From Atopostipes sp. (lineage in GTDB: Bacteria; Bacillota; Bacilli; Lactobacillales; Carnobacteriaceae_A): 56,543 nucleotides of DNA. This document shows positions 10,584 to 20,695 of the stretch, piece by piece. The first letter of the stretch is position 1; the number at the start of each line of letters is the position of its first letter. A program made the position numbers and the translations under genes. The notes below the pieces were generated by a model. The model was given only the letters and a program-made list of their open reading frames with translations. It did no database searches and had not been told where the DNA came from. The DNA is taken from positions 1 to 56,543 of the forward strand of contig JBHWQC010000016.1 in assembly GCA_043425375.1 (NCBI GenBank), given 5' to 3'.

Positions 10584-11581
10584 AATTTAACTTTAACAAT
10601 CTTTGGTTTACCCGCCTCTTTTCACTGCTGTTAGCTGTTGGGCTATTCTTTTTTGTAAATTTAGAAAATCAGTCACGGTTTCAATCAACGGAACCGACAG
10701 ATGGTGCAAGTATTACGAGCACGGAAATCATTACCAATTTACCGATTGAAGTCAATATTGATACCGATCGCTATTTTGTCTCAGGTATTCCGGATTCAGC
10801 TACCTTGCGTTTGGAAGGCCCGCAGGCGATTATTTTCCAGACGATAGCCACGCAAAGCTTTACGATTCGCACACCAGATTTAAATGCACTTGGGAGCGGT
10901 GAGCATACCGTGCCCCTTTTGGTGGACGGCGTTTCCAACAGCATAGCAACCAGTGTGAGTCCGGCGGTGGTCAATTTAACCGTTGAAGAGAAACAAGTTG
11001 CTGAATATGAGCTGGCTGTTGTTGTGGATGAAGATTTGGATATTGCCGATGGGTATGAATTACTAGAACCGACTTTATCGACAAATACTGTCCAATTATC
11101 TGGTGCCGATTCTACTATGGCGCAAATTGACCAAGTGATTGTTGAAATTGCTTCGGATGAAACAGATATTAAAGAGGATCTTTTAATGTCTGCGCAAGTG
11201 CTTGTGTTAGATGAGAATGGCGAGCCGCTAAATATCAATGCCAACCCGAGTCAAGTCGAAATCAATGCCCCGGTTGTGCGTACGAAAAAAGAAGTGCCGA
11301 TTGTTCTGCGCGAAGGGTCAGACGGGGAGGTGGGGTATGCCTATGAAGTCTCCTTAAGCAATGCAGAAAACGAGACGATTATTGTACGAGGAGCACCCGA
11401 AGCGGTTGCTGATTTGCAAAATTTCCCCATTACAGTAAACTTAGACGGAATTACAGAATCCCAAGTACTCACTATTCCAATTAATGAAATCCCCGAAGGT
11501 ATTGAAGAAACGAACAAAGAGGAAATTGAAGTAGTGATTGAAGTAACAGAAGAAATTCAAAATAGTCTCATGGAAAATTAA
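10580..11581 (+). CDS. cdaR: CdaR (YbbR-domain regulator of CdaA)
   Basis: N-terminal TM helix followed by repeated beta-rich YbbR-like domains; lies between cdaA and glmM. Confidence 0.92.
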   Translation: MKFNFNNLWFTRLFSLLLAVGLFFFVNLENQSRFQSTEPTDGASITSTEIITNLPIEVNIDTDRYFVSGIPDSATLRLEGPQAIIFQTIATQSFTIRTPDLNALGSGEHTVPLLVDGVSNSIATSVSPAVVNLTVEEKQVAEYELAVVVDEDLDIADGYELLEPTLSTNTVQLSGADSTMAQIDQVIVEIASDETDIKEDLLMSAQVLVLDENGEPLNINANPSQVEINAPVVRTKKEVPIVLREGSDGEVGYAYEVSLSNAENETIIVRGAPEAVADLQNFPITVNLDGITESQVLTIPINEIPEGIEETNKEEIEVVIEVTEEIQNSLMEN

Positions 11582-11605
11582 ATGGAACTTAAAAGGAGTA
11601 GACGA

Positions 11606-12955
11606 ATGATTAAATTTGGTACAGATGGTGTGAGAGGGCAAGCAAATAGTGAACTGACACCAGAAATTGCATTTAAGTTAGGCCGTTTTGGCGGGTATGT
11701 GTTAGCGCAGCATATTGAAGAGAACCAACCACGGGTTCTGGTTGGCCGCGATACTCGTATTAGTGGTCGCATGCTAGAATATGCGCTTATTGCAGGCCTG
11801 TTGTCTGTGGGCACCGAAGTCTTACGTCTTGGCGTCATTTCAACGCCGGGAGTGGCTTATTTAACGAAACAGCAAAATGCAACGGCAGGTATCATGATTT
11901 CTGCTTCGCACAATCCGGCTGAGGATAATGGAATCAAGTTCTTTGGTGCGGATGGCTTTAAATTATCAGATGAACAAGAAGCTGAAATAGAAGCTTTGTG
12001 TAATGCAGAGGAAGATAATCTACCCAGACCAAGTGCTGAGGGGATCGGTACATCTGAAGAATACAAAGAAAGTGTCTTAAAATACATTCAATATTTAAAA
12101 AATACCATTTCCGGCGACTTATCTGGGCTCAGTGTTGTCCTGGATGCTGCGCATGGTGCAACAAGTCCCATCGTAAACAGTTTGTTTGCGGACTTGGAGA
12201 CCGATTTTTATGTTATTGGGGACTCACCTAATGGTTTGAATATTAATGAAGGAGTAGGAAGCACGCATCCGGAATTACTAGCAGAAACAGTTGTTGAAAA
12301 AGAAGCCGACATTGGTTTAGCTTTTGATGGTGATGGCGACCGGTTAATTGCGGTGGATGAAAAAGGCCATATTGTCGACGGCGATAAAATTCTCTACATC
12401 TGCGGAAAATATTTAAACGATATAGGGAAATTGAAAAATTCAACCATTGTTTCAACGGTGATGAGTAATATCGGCTTTTACCACGCGATTGAAGAGCAAG
12501 GCATTAAGTCTGTTAAAACAGCAGTAGGAGACCGTTTTGTCGTAGAAGAAATGCGCGAGAACGGTTACAACTTAGGCGGCGAACAATCGGGCCATGTAAT
12601 CTTTTTAGATTATTCAACAACAGGTGACGGTTTGCTAACGGGGATTCAGTTGATGCATGTGATGAAAGAAACGGGCAAAACCCTTTCAGAATTGGCCTCG
12701 GATGTCACGGTTTATCCGCAAAAATTAATTAATATCCGAGTGTCGGATAAGGAAGCGGTCATGGATCATCCGCGTGTACAAGCAGTCATTGCCCAAGTGG
12801 AAGAAGAAATGGCAGGTGACGGCCGCGTATTGGTTCGCGCAAGCGGGACAGAACCGCTGCTGCGTGTCATGACAGAAGCGCCAACCGAAGAAACGGTGAT
12901 TGCTTACTGTGAACGTATTGCGGATGTTGTGCGCGAGGAATTTGGAATTGAGTAG
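11606..12955 (+). CDS. glmM: Phosphoglucosamine mutase
   Basis: [15 protein letters not shown] and FDGDGDR motifs; ATG 11606 follows the AAAGGAG RBS. Confidence 0.97.
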   Translation: MIKFGTDGVRGQANSELTPEIAFKLGRFGGYVLAQHIEENQPRVLVGRDTRISGRMLEYALIAGLLSVGTEVLRLGVISTPGVAYLTKQQNATAGIMISASHNPAEDNGIKFFGADGFKLSDEQEAEIEALCNAEEDNLPRPSAEGIGTSEEYKESVLKYIQYLKNTISGDLSGLSVVLDAAHGATSPIVNSLFADLETDFYVIGDSPNGLNINEGVGSTHPELLAETVVEKEADIGLAFDGDGDRLIAVDEKGHIVDGDKILYICGKYLNDIGKLKNSTIVSTVMSNIGFYHAIEEQGIKSVKTAVGDRFVVEEMRENGYNLGGEQSGHVIFLDYSTTGDGLLTGIQLMHVMKETGKTLSELASDVTVYPQKLINIRVSDKEAVMDHPRVQAVIAQVEEEMAGDGRVLVRASGTEPLLRVMTEAPTEETVIAYCERIADVVREEFGIE

Positions 12956-12985
12956 GTTGGATGATAGAAACGGGAGCTGAGGGAT

Positions 12986-13747
12986 ATGCATTTTAAAACA
13001 AAATCTAACCTCTACACATCAGGGGATATCAAACGGGAAGCCAAAGTGCAACTAACTGGTTACTGGGGTGGTGCGGTTATCTTGGGCGTGATTCCAGCTA
13101 TCTTTAGTTTCTTTTTTCTTCGAGAAGCTGCAGATAACACGCTGATCGGAATCACTTTTGATCTTATCCGTGACTTTTTAGTGACTGGGATGACCTTTGC
13201 TTTCATGAATCTGTTGCGCCAGCCTAAATATCGATTGGATCCTCTTCAAGAGATTGTCTCTCCCTTTCGGTCGGAGTACTTTGTGGGTTTGCTCAAAATA
13301 AAATTATGGCAATACTTGTTTGTCTTCCTGTGGGCTTTACTTTTTGTGATTCCAGGAATTGTTAAAGCGTATGGCTATTCCCAGGCGGAGCTAATCTATA
13401 AAGATACAGTGGACCGCACAGGTAAACAACCAGATGCGCGTGCTTGTATTAAGGAAAGCCAAAAGCGAATGTATGGCTATAAAGCTGATTTGTTTGCCCT
13501 CGATTTGAGTTTTATCGGCTGGCTATTGTTGAATGGCTTTACTTTTGGATTGTTGGGACTTTGGCTCACGCCTTATATGCAGATGAGCCGAGTCGTTTTC
13601 TATGAAAATCTGACAAACGGTTATTATTTAAATCGTGAAGACGCCATACATACACAAACATCTTCTGAACCGCCTAGAGAACCGATTAATAAATATGAAG
13701 AAGTCGGAAAAGATCCGGACGACTTTAGAGATTTTGAAGACTTTTAA
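12986..13747 (+). CDS. DUF975-family integral membrane protein
   Basis: FLWALLFVIPGIVKAYGYSQ, MYGYKADLFALDLSFIGW and LWLTPY patterns. Confidence 0.85.
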   Translation: MHFKTKSNLYTSGDIKREAKVQLTGYWGGAVILGVIPAIFSFFFLREAADNTLIGITFDLIRDFLVTGMTFAFMNLLRQPKYRLDPLQEIVSPFRSEYFVGLLKIKLWQYLFVFLWALLFVIPGIVKAYGYSQAELIYKDTVDRTGKQPDARACIKESQKRMYGYKADLFALDLSFIGWLLLNGFTFGLLGLWLTPYMQMSRVVFYENLTNGYYLNREDAIHTQTSSEPPREPINKYEEVGKDPDDFRDFEDF

Positions 13748-13751
13748 AGAA

Positions 13752-13791
13752 AAAAACTCCTCTCTCCAAAAATATTGGAAAGAGGAGTTTT
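13752..13791. terminator. Bidirectional intrinsic terminator
   Basis: aaaactcctct / agaggagtttt inverted repeat between convergent genes. Confidence 0.8.
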
Positions 13792-13804
13792 GTATATTCA
13801 CTGC

Positions 13805-14512
13805 TTATCTTCGCCGGTTGCCGCCACCAAATATAAGCACTAAACGGAAGACGTTTAAGAATGCGGCTATGGCTGCAGCGACATAAGTTAAAGCAGCCGC
13901 TCGTAGGACTTTACGCGCGCCTTCCAGCTCTTCGCCCATTAAGATTTGCTGCGATTCTAAAATAGACAGAGCGCGGTTTGAGGCGTTAAACTCGACCGGC
14001 AAGGTGACCAACTGGAAAATGAAAGTAAATGAAAACAAGATCAAGCCAATATTGATCAGCGTTTGTCCCGTGCCAGGTCCAAAAAGTAGACCGAGCAGTA
14101 AAATAGGAAAGGCAGCGGTTTGGCCGATGTTTGTAATCGGTACTATCGCACTGCGTAAGCGTAAAAAGGCATAGTTGTCGCGGTCTTGCAGGGCATGACC
14201 CGCCTCATGTGCCGCCACCCCAATAGCTGCTACTGATGTGGAGTTGTTGGTGGAATCGGACAAACGCAAAACTTTATTTTTTGGGTCGTAATGGTCCGTT
14301 AAATTTCCGCGCACGCTTTCGATGTTAATATTTTCTAAGTTGGCATAGTCCAAGATATAACGCGTAATTTCAGAGGCGTTATAACCTAATTTGGAATGGA
14401 CGTCACTATAGCGGTTAAAGGTACTATTGACATAAGAGGAAGCCAATCCTGAAATGGCTAGACCGATAAGCACTAAAATAAACGTCGGATCGTAATAAAA
14501 TGGGAAAAACAT
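13805..14512 (-). CDS. YugP-like membrane zinc metallopeptidase
   Basis: LTDHYDP, AAHEAGHA, TLPVEFNAS and AAALTYVAA motifs. Confidence 0.92.
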   Translation of the reverse strand: MFFPFYYDPTFILVLIGLAISGLASSYVNSTFNRYSDVHSKLGYNASEITRYILDYANLENINIESVRGNLTDHYDPKNKVLRLSDSTNNSTSVAAIGVAAHEAGHALQDRDNYAFLRLRSAIVPITNIGQTAAFPILLLGLLFGPGTGQTLINIGLILFSFTFIFQLVTLPVEFNASNRALSILESQQILMGEELEGARKVLRAAALTYVAAAIAAFLNVFRLVLIFGGGNRRR

Positions 14513-14699
14513 AGTATCAACTTCTTTCGTTAAGAGAGATATTTTTATCCGTTCATTTCTATACAGCTATTATAACACATTCCCATTCTTAACAAATGAT
14601 AGAAGTTTGAATAAACTGTAACCATTTCTGGAAAAATGGTATTATATAGACAAATAAGGCATCGTTCAAAGCTAATCAAAAAGAAAGTGGAGTATACAA

Positions 14700-16190
14700 A
14701 TGAGCATTGATGAGTTAATAACACATTTTATCCAAAAAAGTATCCAATTAGGAGATTTAAAGCCTCTCGATGCAGTTTATATGACAAATAAACTGCTTGC
14801 CCTTTTTCAAAAGGAAGATTACGTAAAAACGGTAGCAACCCTTGACCTATCCCGTTTAGATGTATTAGATGAAATGGTTGAATATGCTGTTTCAGAAAAA
14901 ATAATCGATGATTTGGCCTCAGCCAGAGATGTGTTGTCGGCGCAAATTATGGATTTAGTTACCCCGCGGCCTTCAGAAGTCAATCAAGCATTTTGGAGGG
15001 ATTATAAAGAAAGTCCTGAAGTAGCCACCGACAATTTCTTCCAATTGAGTCGTCAAAATAATTACATTAAAACGCGTGAAATTGCCCAAAATATTGAATT
15101 CACCTATGAAGATGACAAATATGGAGCGATTCAATTAACAATTAATTTATCCAAACCTGAAAAAGACCCCAAAGAAATTGCCCTAGCTTCTAAATTCCAA
15201 AAATCTACCCATTATCCAGCGAATGCGCTAGTGGTAGAAAATGAGGGATATGCCGGCCATTTAACACATCCGGGGCGAGCGAATCACCGAATCATTCGTA
15301 TGGATTTAAATGGAGACGAATGGGGTTTTCAATATTCCCCTTATGCCTATTACAATGAACATTCTATTTTTTTAGCGATTGCACATCGACCGATGGATGT
15401 CGGGCCTCATGCGATTGAGAACTTGCTTGAAATTGTTCGGCAGCTGCCCCATTACTTTGTCGGTTCCAACGCAGGTTTACCTATTGTGGGCGGATCGATT
15501 TTAAGTCATGATCATTACCAAGGAGGGCGACACCATTTTCCAATTCAAGATGCCCCTTATAGTTACACCTTTCAAATGGAGAGCTTTCCAGAGATAGAAG
15601 CGGGTATTTTAAACTGGCCGATGTCTACGATCCGTTTGCGCAGCGAAAATGCTGAAGCTTTAGCAAAAGCAGCGGAGAAAATTATGCGGGCTTGGGAGGA
15701 CTATTCGGATGAATCGGTAAGTCTTTATGCAAAAACAAAAAAGACCCCTCATAATGCAATTACGCCAATTGCCCGCAAAAATGGTGACCAGTTTGAATTG
15801 GATATTGTGTTGCGAAACAACCGAACTTCAGAGGAATATCCTGATGGAATCTTTCACCCGCATCCGCATGTCCAACATATTAAAAAAGAAAATATTGGTT
15901 TAATTGAAGTGATGGGCCTTGCGATTTTACCGCCTCGCTTGAAAGAAGAACTAGCAGAAGTAGAAGCCTTCCTGCTTGGGGAACGCGATACAGTGGCAGC
16001 CATCCATCAAGAATGGGCCGAAAAACTGCAAAAAGAAGCGGATGAAATTACCAAAGATAATGTGAAAGACATTATCCAACAAGAGGTAGGAAAAGTCTTT
16101 GTCGAAGTTTTGCACAATGCGGGTGTATTTAAAACAGATGAAAAAGGTCAACAAGCCTTTATCCGATTGATCGAAAGGACGCTGATTTAA
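14700..16190 (+). CDS. galT: Galactose-1-phosphate uridylyltransferase (Firmicutes type II)
   Basis: TINLSKPEKDP, QYSPYAYYNEH, GGSILSHDHYQGG and KKENIGLIEVMG motifs. Confidence 0.95.
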   Translation: MSIDELITHFIQKSIQLGDLKPLDAVYMTNKLLALFQKEDYVKTVATLDLSRLDVLDEMVEYAVSEKIIDDLASARDVLSAQIMDLVTPRPSEVNQAFWRDYKESPEVATDNFFQLSRQNNYIKTREIAQNIEFTYEDDKYGAIQLTINLSKPEKDPKEIALASKFQKSTHYPANALVVENEGYAGHLTHPGRANHRIIRMDLNGDEWGFQYSPYAYYNEHSIFLAIAHRPMDVGPHAIENLLEIVRQLPHYFVGSNAGLPIVGGSILSHDHYQGGRHHFPIQDAPYSYTFQMESFPEIEAGILNWPMSTIRLRSENAEALAKAAEKIMRAWEDYSDESVSLYAKTKKTPHNAITPIARKNGDQFELDIVLRNNRTSEEYPDGIFHPHPHVQHIKKENIGLIEVMGLAILPPRLKEELAEVEAFLLGERDTVAAIHQEWAEKLQKEADEITKDNVKDIIQQEVGKVFVEVLHNAGVFKTDEKGQQAFIRLIERTLI

Positions 16191-16886
16191 ATGAGTAAAC
16201 AGGACTTTATCCACGACGATAAAAGTGATATCGCAAAAGGCGAACACATCACGATTCAACCCGACAGTAAAATTCTTTTTATCGGGGACAGCATCACGGA
16301 TGTTGATCGCAACCGCTTAGACCCGACTGATTTAGGTTCAGGGTATCCCCAGCTCGTAGCGGCTTATTTATTGAATAAATACCCTACTTATCATTTACAA
16401 ATTTTAAATCGCGGAGTCGGCGGCGACCGAGTCGTCGACTTGAAAAACCGCTGGGAAGAAGATTGTTTAGAAGTGAATCCAGATATTGTTTCGATTTTAG
16501 TAGGTGTAAATGATATTTGGCATTTTATCGGCTCCGAAGAAGACCGATTAGATGAGGCAGCGCTTGAAAAATTTGAAGCCGATTACCGCTGGCTGTTAAA
16601 ATCTTTAGCCCACCGCACGGATGCCCGGGTCATTTTAATCGAACCTTATGTTTTGCCTTTCCCCAAAGACCGCATGTCTTGGCGCAAGCATTTAGATCCC
16701 CGCATTCAAATCGTGCGGCGGCTAGCTAATGAATACCACACAGTCCTAGTGCCATTGGACGGAGTGCTCAATGCTTTAGGTATCGAGAACGGCTTTCAGA
16801 CCTATACGGGAGACGATGGCGTCCATCCGACATTAACCGGCCATGCCGCTATAGCCGAAGCGTGGATTCGCTTCGTCAATGTTTAA
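16191..16886 (+). CDS. SGNH/GDSL hydrolase
   Basis: FIGDSIT, NRGVGG, GVND and DGVHP blocks. Confidence 0.92.
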   Translation: MSKQDFIHDDKSDIAKGEHITIQPDSKILFIGDSITDVDRNRLDPTDLGSGYPQLVAAYLLNKYPTYHLQILNRGVGGDRVVDLKNRWEEDCLEVNPDIVSILVGVNDIWHFIGSEEDRLDEAALEKFEADYRWLLKSLAHRTDARVILIEPYVLPFPKDRMSWRKHLDPRIQIVRRLANEYHTVLVPLDGVLNALGIENGFQTYTGDDGVHPTLTGHAAIAEAWIRFVNV

Positions 16887-16994
16887 GCGAGTATAAAAGA
16901 GTAATTTTCTATGAAATATAAAGGCTCTTGTTTTTCATGGTCTGTCAAAACCTTTACAATAAGCAAAGACAGAAAATGAAAAAGGAGGGTCATT

Positions 16995-18008
16995 TTGGCG
17001 ACTCAAACACAAATGAAGAGACAAAAGTCAGTCGGCGTAAGTTTTTCAGGTGGCGGTGTCCCTGCCTGGGCAGAAATTGCGGTGTATGAAGACTTGATGA
17101 AACAAGGCATTGAAATTGATGCGGTAGCGGGTACTTCGATGGGTGCCTTCCTAGCCGCGGCTGTTGCATGTGACTTATCTGCGGATGAAATCTATGAAAT
17201 CATCCAAGATACAGATGAGGCCATTCATGACAGCAGTCTCTTTGGGGGGCCACAGGCGATTTTGAACCTCGTTTCTTTTCGGCAGCCTTTGGGTATTGTA
17301 TTGATAGAGAAATTGGAAAAAGTTATTCATCCAGTCAGCGAATTATATAGCGAGTTTATGCTGTCGGATGTGCCGAAACCATTGGCTATTCCGGCCGTCG
17401 ATATTATCGAGAACAAACTTGTCATTTTTTCAAACCAACCAGAATATTTTGATAAGGTGTATGAAAATGCCGAGTTTTATGACGGCGATATTCCACTCCT
17501 GCAAGCGTGTCTTGCTTCGAGTGCTTATCCCATTATTTTAAGTCCGGTTAAGATGGATGATTATCAATTAGTGGATGGCGGAGTGTTAATGAATTCACCG
17601 TCTTCTTTATTATCGAGAGAAAAAATAGAGCATGTTTTTGCGATTGGTTTTCCTCCTTCCACAAACGACGGACCGGCGGATAGACGACTGGAAGTCGGTT
17701 TACGGGCGATTAGTGTGATGATTAATGACCAAGTGGAAATGTCGAATCGGAGTGTGGATCAAACATATCGTTTAGATTTAAACTTGCCCGACACCTTTCA
17801 GTTTGGAAATAGTCAAATGGTCCTAGATGCGGGACGGGCTTTTGTAAAAGAGAACCCAGTCGATACGACTGATTTCTTTGAACACATGCCAGTCACAGCA
17901 TCCGAAGAGAAAAAAGAGCCGGAAATTCAGATTGTTTTTGAAGAACCGGAAACCATTGGCGATAAAGTAGGCAAGTGGGTTGAAAAAGTAAAAGAAAAAA
18001 TAACCTAA
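16995..18008 (+). CDS. Patatin-like phospholipase
   Basis: SGGG, GTSMG nucleophile and DGG motifs; TTG start after AAAGGAGG. Confidence 0.88.
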   Translation: MATQTQMKRQKSVGVSFSGGGVPAWAEIAVYEDLMKQGIEIDAVAGTSMGAFLAAAVACDLSADEIYEIIQDTDEAIHDSSLFGGPQAILNLVSFRQPLGIVLIEKLEKVIHPVSELYSEFMLSDVPKPLAIPAVDIIENKLVIFSNQPEYFDKVYENAEFYDGDIPLLQACLASSAYPIILSPVKMDDYQLVDGGVLMNSPSSLLSREKIEHVFAIGFPPSTNDGPADRRLEVGLRAISVMINDQVEMSNRSVDQTYRLDLNLPDTFQFGNSQMVLDAGRAFVKENPVDTTDFFEHMPVTASEEKKEPEIQIVFEEPETIGDKVGKWVEKVKEKIT

Positions 18009-18014
18009 AAGACT

Positions 18015-18046
18015 CCCGCTAGAAACGAAATTTCTAGCGGGTTTTT
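18015..18046. terminator. Intrinsic terminator between convergent genes
   Basis: cccgctagaaa / tttctagcggg plus T-run. Confidence 0.8.
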
Positions 18047-18055
18047 CCGAGCTTT

Positions 18056-19027
18056 TTATGCATAGTCAACAATTTCTACGCCGGCATTTTTACCGGTATC
18101 CATAAATATTTTGCCCGTCTGTTTATCGACCAGCCGCACCGATAAAACTCCGCCAATGCCTTCTTTAATGGCTTTCTCCATTGTACCTAAAACGGGCGCA
18201 ATCAATTGACCTTGTTCTAATACCTCGGCTTTGATTTCCAAAGAGGCCTTTTTGTTTTCTAAACGGAGCTGAACAAACTCATCCGAGACTTCTTCTACAT
18301 GGCACTTACTGCCATTGTAGGTCGCAAAGCGATATTCAAGGCCTTCTAGAATAAAATTGCAAATAAAACCTTCAAATTCGGTCAAGTGAAAAGGAATATG
18401 AGCGATGGAGAAGAAGAGACTCGCTGATTGATTTTCAAAATGGTTGCTGTGCAGCCAAATGTATTCTTTGGGGAAAGATGTGCCCCAATCTTTTTCAATA
18501 TAGCCGCGCCCTCCGGTAAAATCGATCGGCTCCCCATTGATTTCTAACTGACCATTCAAGGTATGCCTCATACTAATCACCCCATGGTAACACTCCATTT
18601 TCGGAAGATAGCCAAAGAATCCCATAATATTTGGTTGCAGGCAGGTGGTTTCAATCGGGTGCAGCTCACCAAAGCCGAGATTGCCATAAAAAGTAAAGCA
18701 GTCATCGGCTAAGTGAATAGAGATCCCGCGTGTTGAAAACCTTGAATGACCTACCGTCACGGAAAAAGGACCATCGGTATAAGAAAAAGCTGAAACAGGA
18801 AAGCGGATATAGCCGGTGTGGGTGTTTTTTTGGCCTCTCTCATTCGTGTGGACCAATATATATTGAATAAAACTATGTGGATCATTTGCATTTAAGCTGA
18901 CGGCAGGGATAAAACTTAAACTGGTTCTTTGATCAGCAGTGACTTGTTTGTAGTACCAGCCTTCAAAATAATTCTTTTTCTTTACATCCCCTTGAAACAA
19001 GACAGGGTGGTTGACTTTTTTGAACAT
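18056..19027 (-). CDS. Tocopherol cyclase family protein
   Basis: YFEGWYYK, MECYHGVISM and GYIEKDWGTSFPKEYIW motifs. Confidence 0.85.
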   Translation of the reverse strand: MFKKVNHPVLFQGDVKKKNYFEGWYYKQVTADQRTSLSFIPAVSLNANDPHSFIQYILVHTNERGQKNTHTGYIRFPVSAFSYTDGPFSVTVGHSRFSTRGISIHLADDCFTFYGNLGFGELHPIETTCLQPNIMGFFGYLPKMECYHGVISMRHTLNGQLEINGEPIDFTGGRGYIEKDWGTSFPKEYIWLHSNHFENQSASLFFSIAHIPFHLTEFEGFICNFILEGLEYRFATYNGSKCHVEEVSDEFVQLRLENKKASLEIKAEVLEQGQLIAPVLGTMEKAIKEGIGGVLSVRLVDKQTGKIFMDTGKNAGVEIVDYA

Positions 19028-19173
19028 CCCATCACTCCTTCGTGCTTTTTCTTCTTTACTTTAGCGGATTTTCAATGAAAAGTCTGATTATTTCGCTTGA
19101 AAAGAGGTTTTAATCCATTTTTTCACCGAATTCCTGTAAAATGAACATACTAATTGTTGTAAAGGAGTAAAGG

Positions 19174-20670
19174 ATGAATACACAAAAAAAAGTCGCCATT
19201 ATTGGCGGAGGCTTAGGTGGGATTTCGGCAGCTATTGCCTTGGCTCAGAGTGGTTTTCAAGTTTCTTTATATGAAAAAAATAGTCACCTTGGTGGGAAGT
19301 TAAACCGAGCGGAAATTGACGGATTTGGTTTCGACTTAGGTCCCTCCATTTTGACGATGAAACACATTTTTGAAAAGCTTTTTAAAAATCAGGGAACGGA
19401 TATGGAGGATTATATCCCCACGGTTCGCTTGGATTTAGAGTGGCGGTCCTTTTTCCCTGATGGGACGGTGCTTGATTTATACGGTGATTTGGAGAAAATG
19501 TATAAAGCCAATGACTTGTTATCCAATCAAGATATGGCAGACTACCAAGCCTTTTTAGACTATGCCAAAGAGTTGTATACAGTGACAGAAGAAGGCTATT
19601 TTAATAAAGGTTTGGATACGATTGGTGAAATCATCAAGCACCACGGCATGATAGAAGCGGCTACTTCCTTTGATGTGTTCTCAACGGTCCAAGACGCTTT
19701 GGAAAAGTATATTTCCAACGAAAAATTAAAAGATGTCTTGGGTTATTTTATGAAATATGTGGGGTCGTCTCCTTATGACGCACCGGCCATCTTAAATATG
19801 ATGATTTATATGCAGCATGCGCAAGGCATTTGGTATGTTCCGGGTGGCATGCATAAAATTGCTGAAGGGTTAGTCCGATTAGGAAAAGAAGCGGGGGTAG
19901 CCTTTCACACAGAAACAGAAGTGCGGCGTCTTCTCACAGCCGAGGGACAGGTGACTCAGGCCGAGTTGGCGGATGGTTCGCTAATCGAAGCCGATTATTT
20001 TATTTCCAATATGGAAGTCATCCCGGCTTATAAGTATTTATTAAATGAAGAAGAGGCCTTTGTAAAAAAACTGGAAAAGAAGTTTGAACCCGCCAGTTCT
20101 GGTTTTGTGATGCATTTGGGGGTAAAAGGGGAGTATGAGCAGTTAGCTCACCATAATTTCTTCTTTTCAGCTGATTCAGAGAAGAATTTCACTCAAATTT
20201 TCCATGAAAAAGTATTGCCCGATGACCCGACGATTTATTTAGTAAATGTCAATAAAACGGATCAAACACAGACGGTACCTGGGCATGAGAACATCAAAAT
20301 CTTGCCTCATATTCCTTATATTCAAAAGGAGCCTTTTACTAAAGCGGAGTATAAAGCCTTTGAAGAGCGAGTATTTGATAAGCTGGAAGCAATGGGCTTA
20401 AAGGATTTACGAAAGAACATCGTAACAAAAGATGTATGGTTGCCCGAAGATATTAAAGAAAATTACTATTCCCACCGCGGAGCGATTTACGGAACAGTGT
20501 CGGATCGGAAAGAAAATAAAGGATTTAAACATGCAAAAGAAAGTGAATTGTATAGCAACTTATATTTTGTCGGCGGCACTGTCAACCCAGGCGGGGGTAT
20601 GCCGATGGTTACTTTAAGTGGCCAACAAGTGCAGGAAAAAATTAGCAAAAGAGAGCAAAAAAAAGAATAG
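19174..20670 (+). CDS. crtP: Diapolycopene/diaponeurosporene oxygenase (phytoene desaturase family)
   Basis: IIGGGLGGISAA, FGFDLGPSILTM, KYVGSS, HHNFFF and VNPGGGMPMVTLSGQQV closely follow Staphylococcus CrtP as recalled. Confidence 0.9.
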   Translation: MNTQKKVAIIGGGLGGISAAIALAQSGFQVSLYEKNSHLGGKLNRAEIDGFGFDLGPSILTMKHIFEKLFKNQGTDMEDYIPTVRLDLEWRSFFPDGTVLDLYGDLEKMYKANDLLSNQDMADYQAFLDYAKELYTVTEEGYFNKGLDTIGEIIKHHGMIEAATSFDVFSTVQDALEKYISNEKLKDVLGYFMKYVGSSPYDAPAILNMMIYMQHAQGIWYVPGGMHKIAEGLVRLGKEAGVAFHTETEVRRLLTAEGQVTQAELADGSLIEADYFISNMEVIPAYKYLLNEEEAFVKKLEKKFEPASSGFVMHLGVKGEYEQLAHHNFFFSADSEKNFTQIFHEKVLPDDPTIYLVNVNKTDQTQTVPGHENIKILPHIPYIQKEPFTKAEYKAFEERVFDKLEAMGLKDLRKNIVTKDVWLPEDIKENYYSHRGAIYGTVSDRKENKGFKHAKESELYSNLYFVGGTVNPGGGMPMVTLSGQQVQEKISKREQKKE

Positions 20671-20695
20671 AGTTTGATAGAGAGATGGGGGAAAG

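Noticed and set aside
9717..12955. cdaA-cdaR-glmM as a nucleotide-signalling defence system
   Set aside because: This is the standard conserved housekeeping c-di-AMP operon of Firmicutes.
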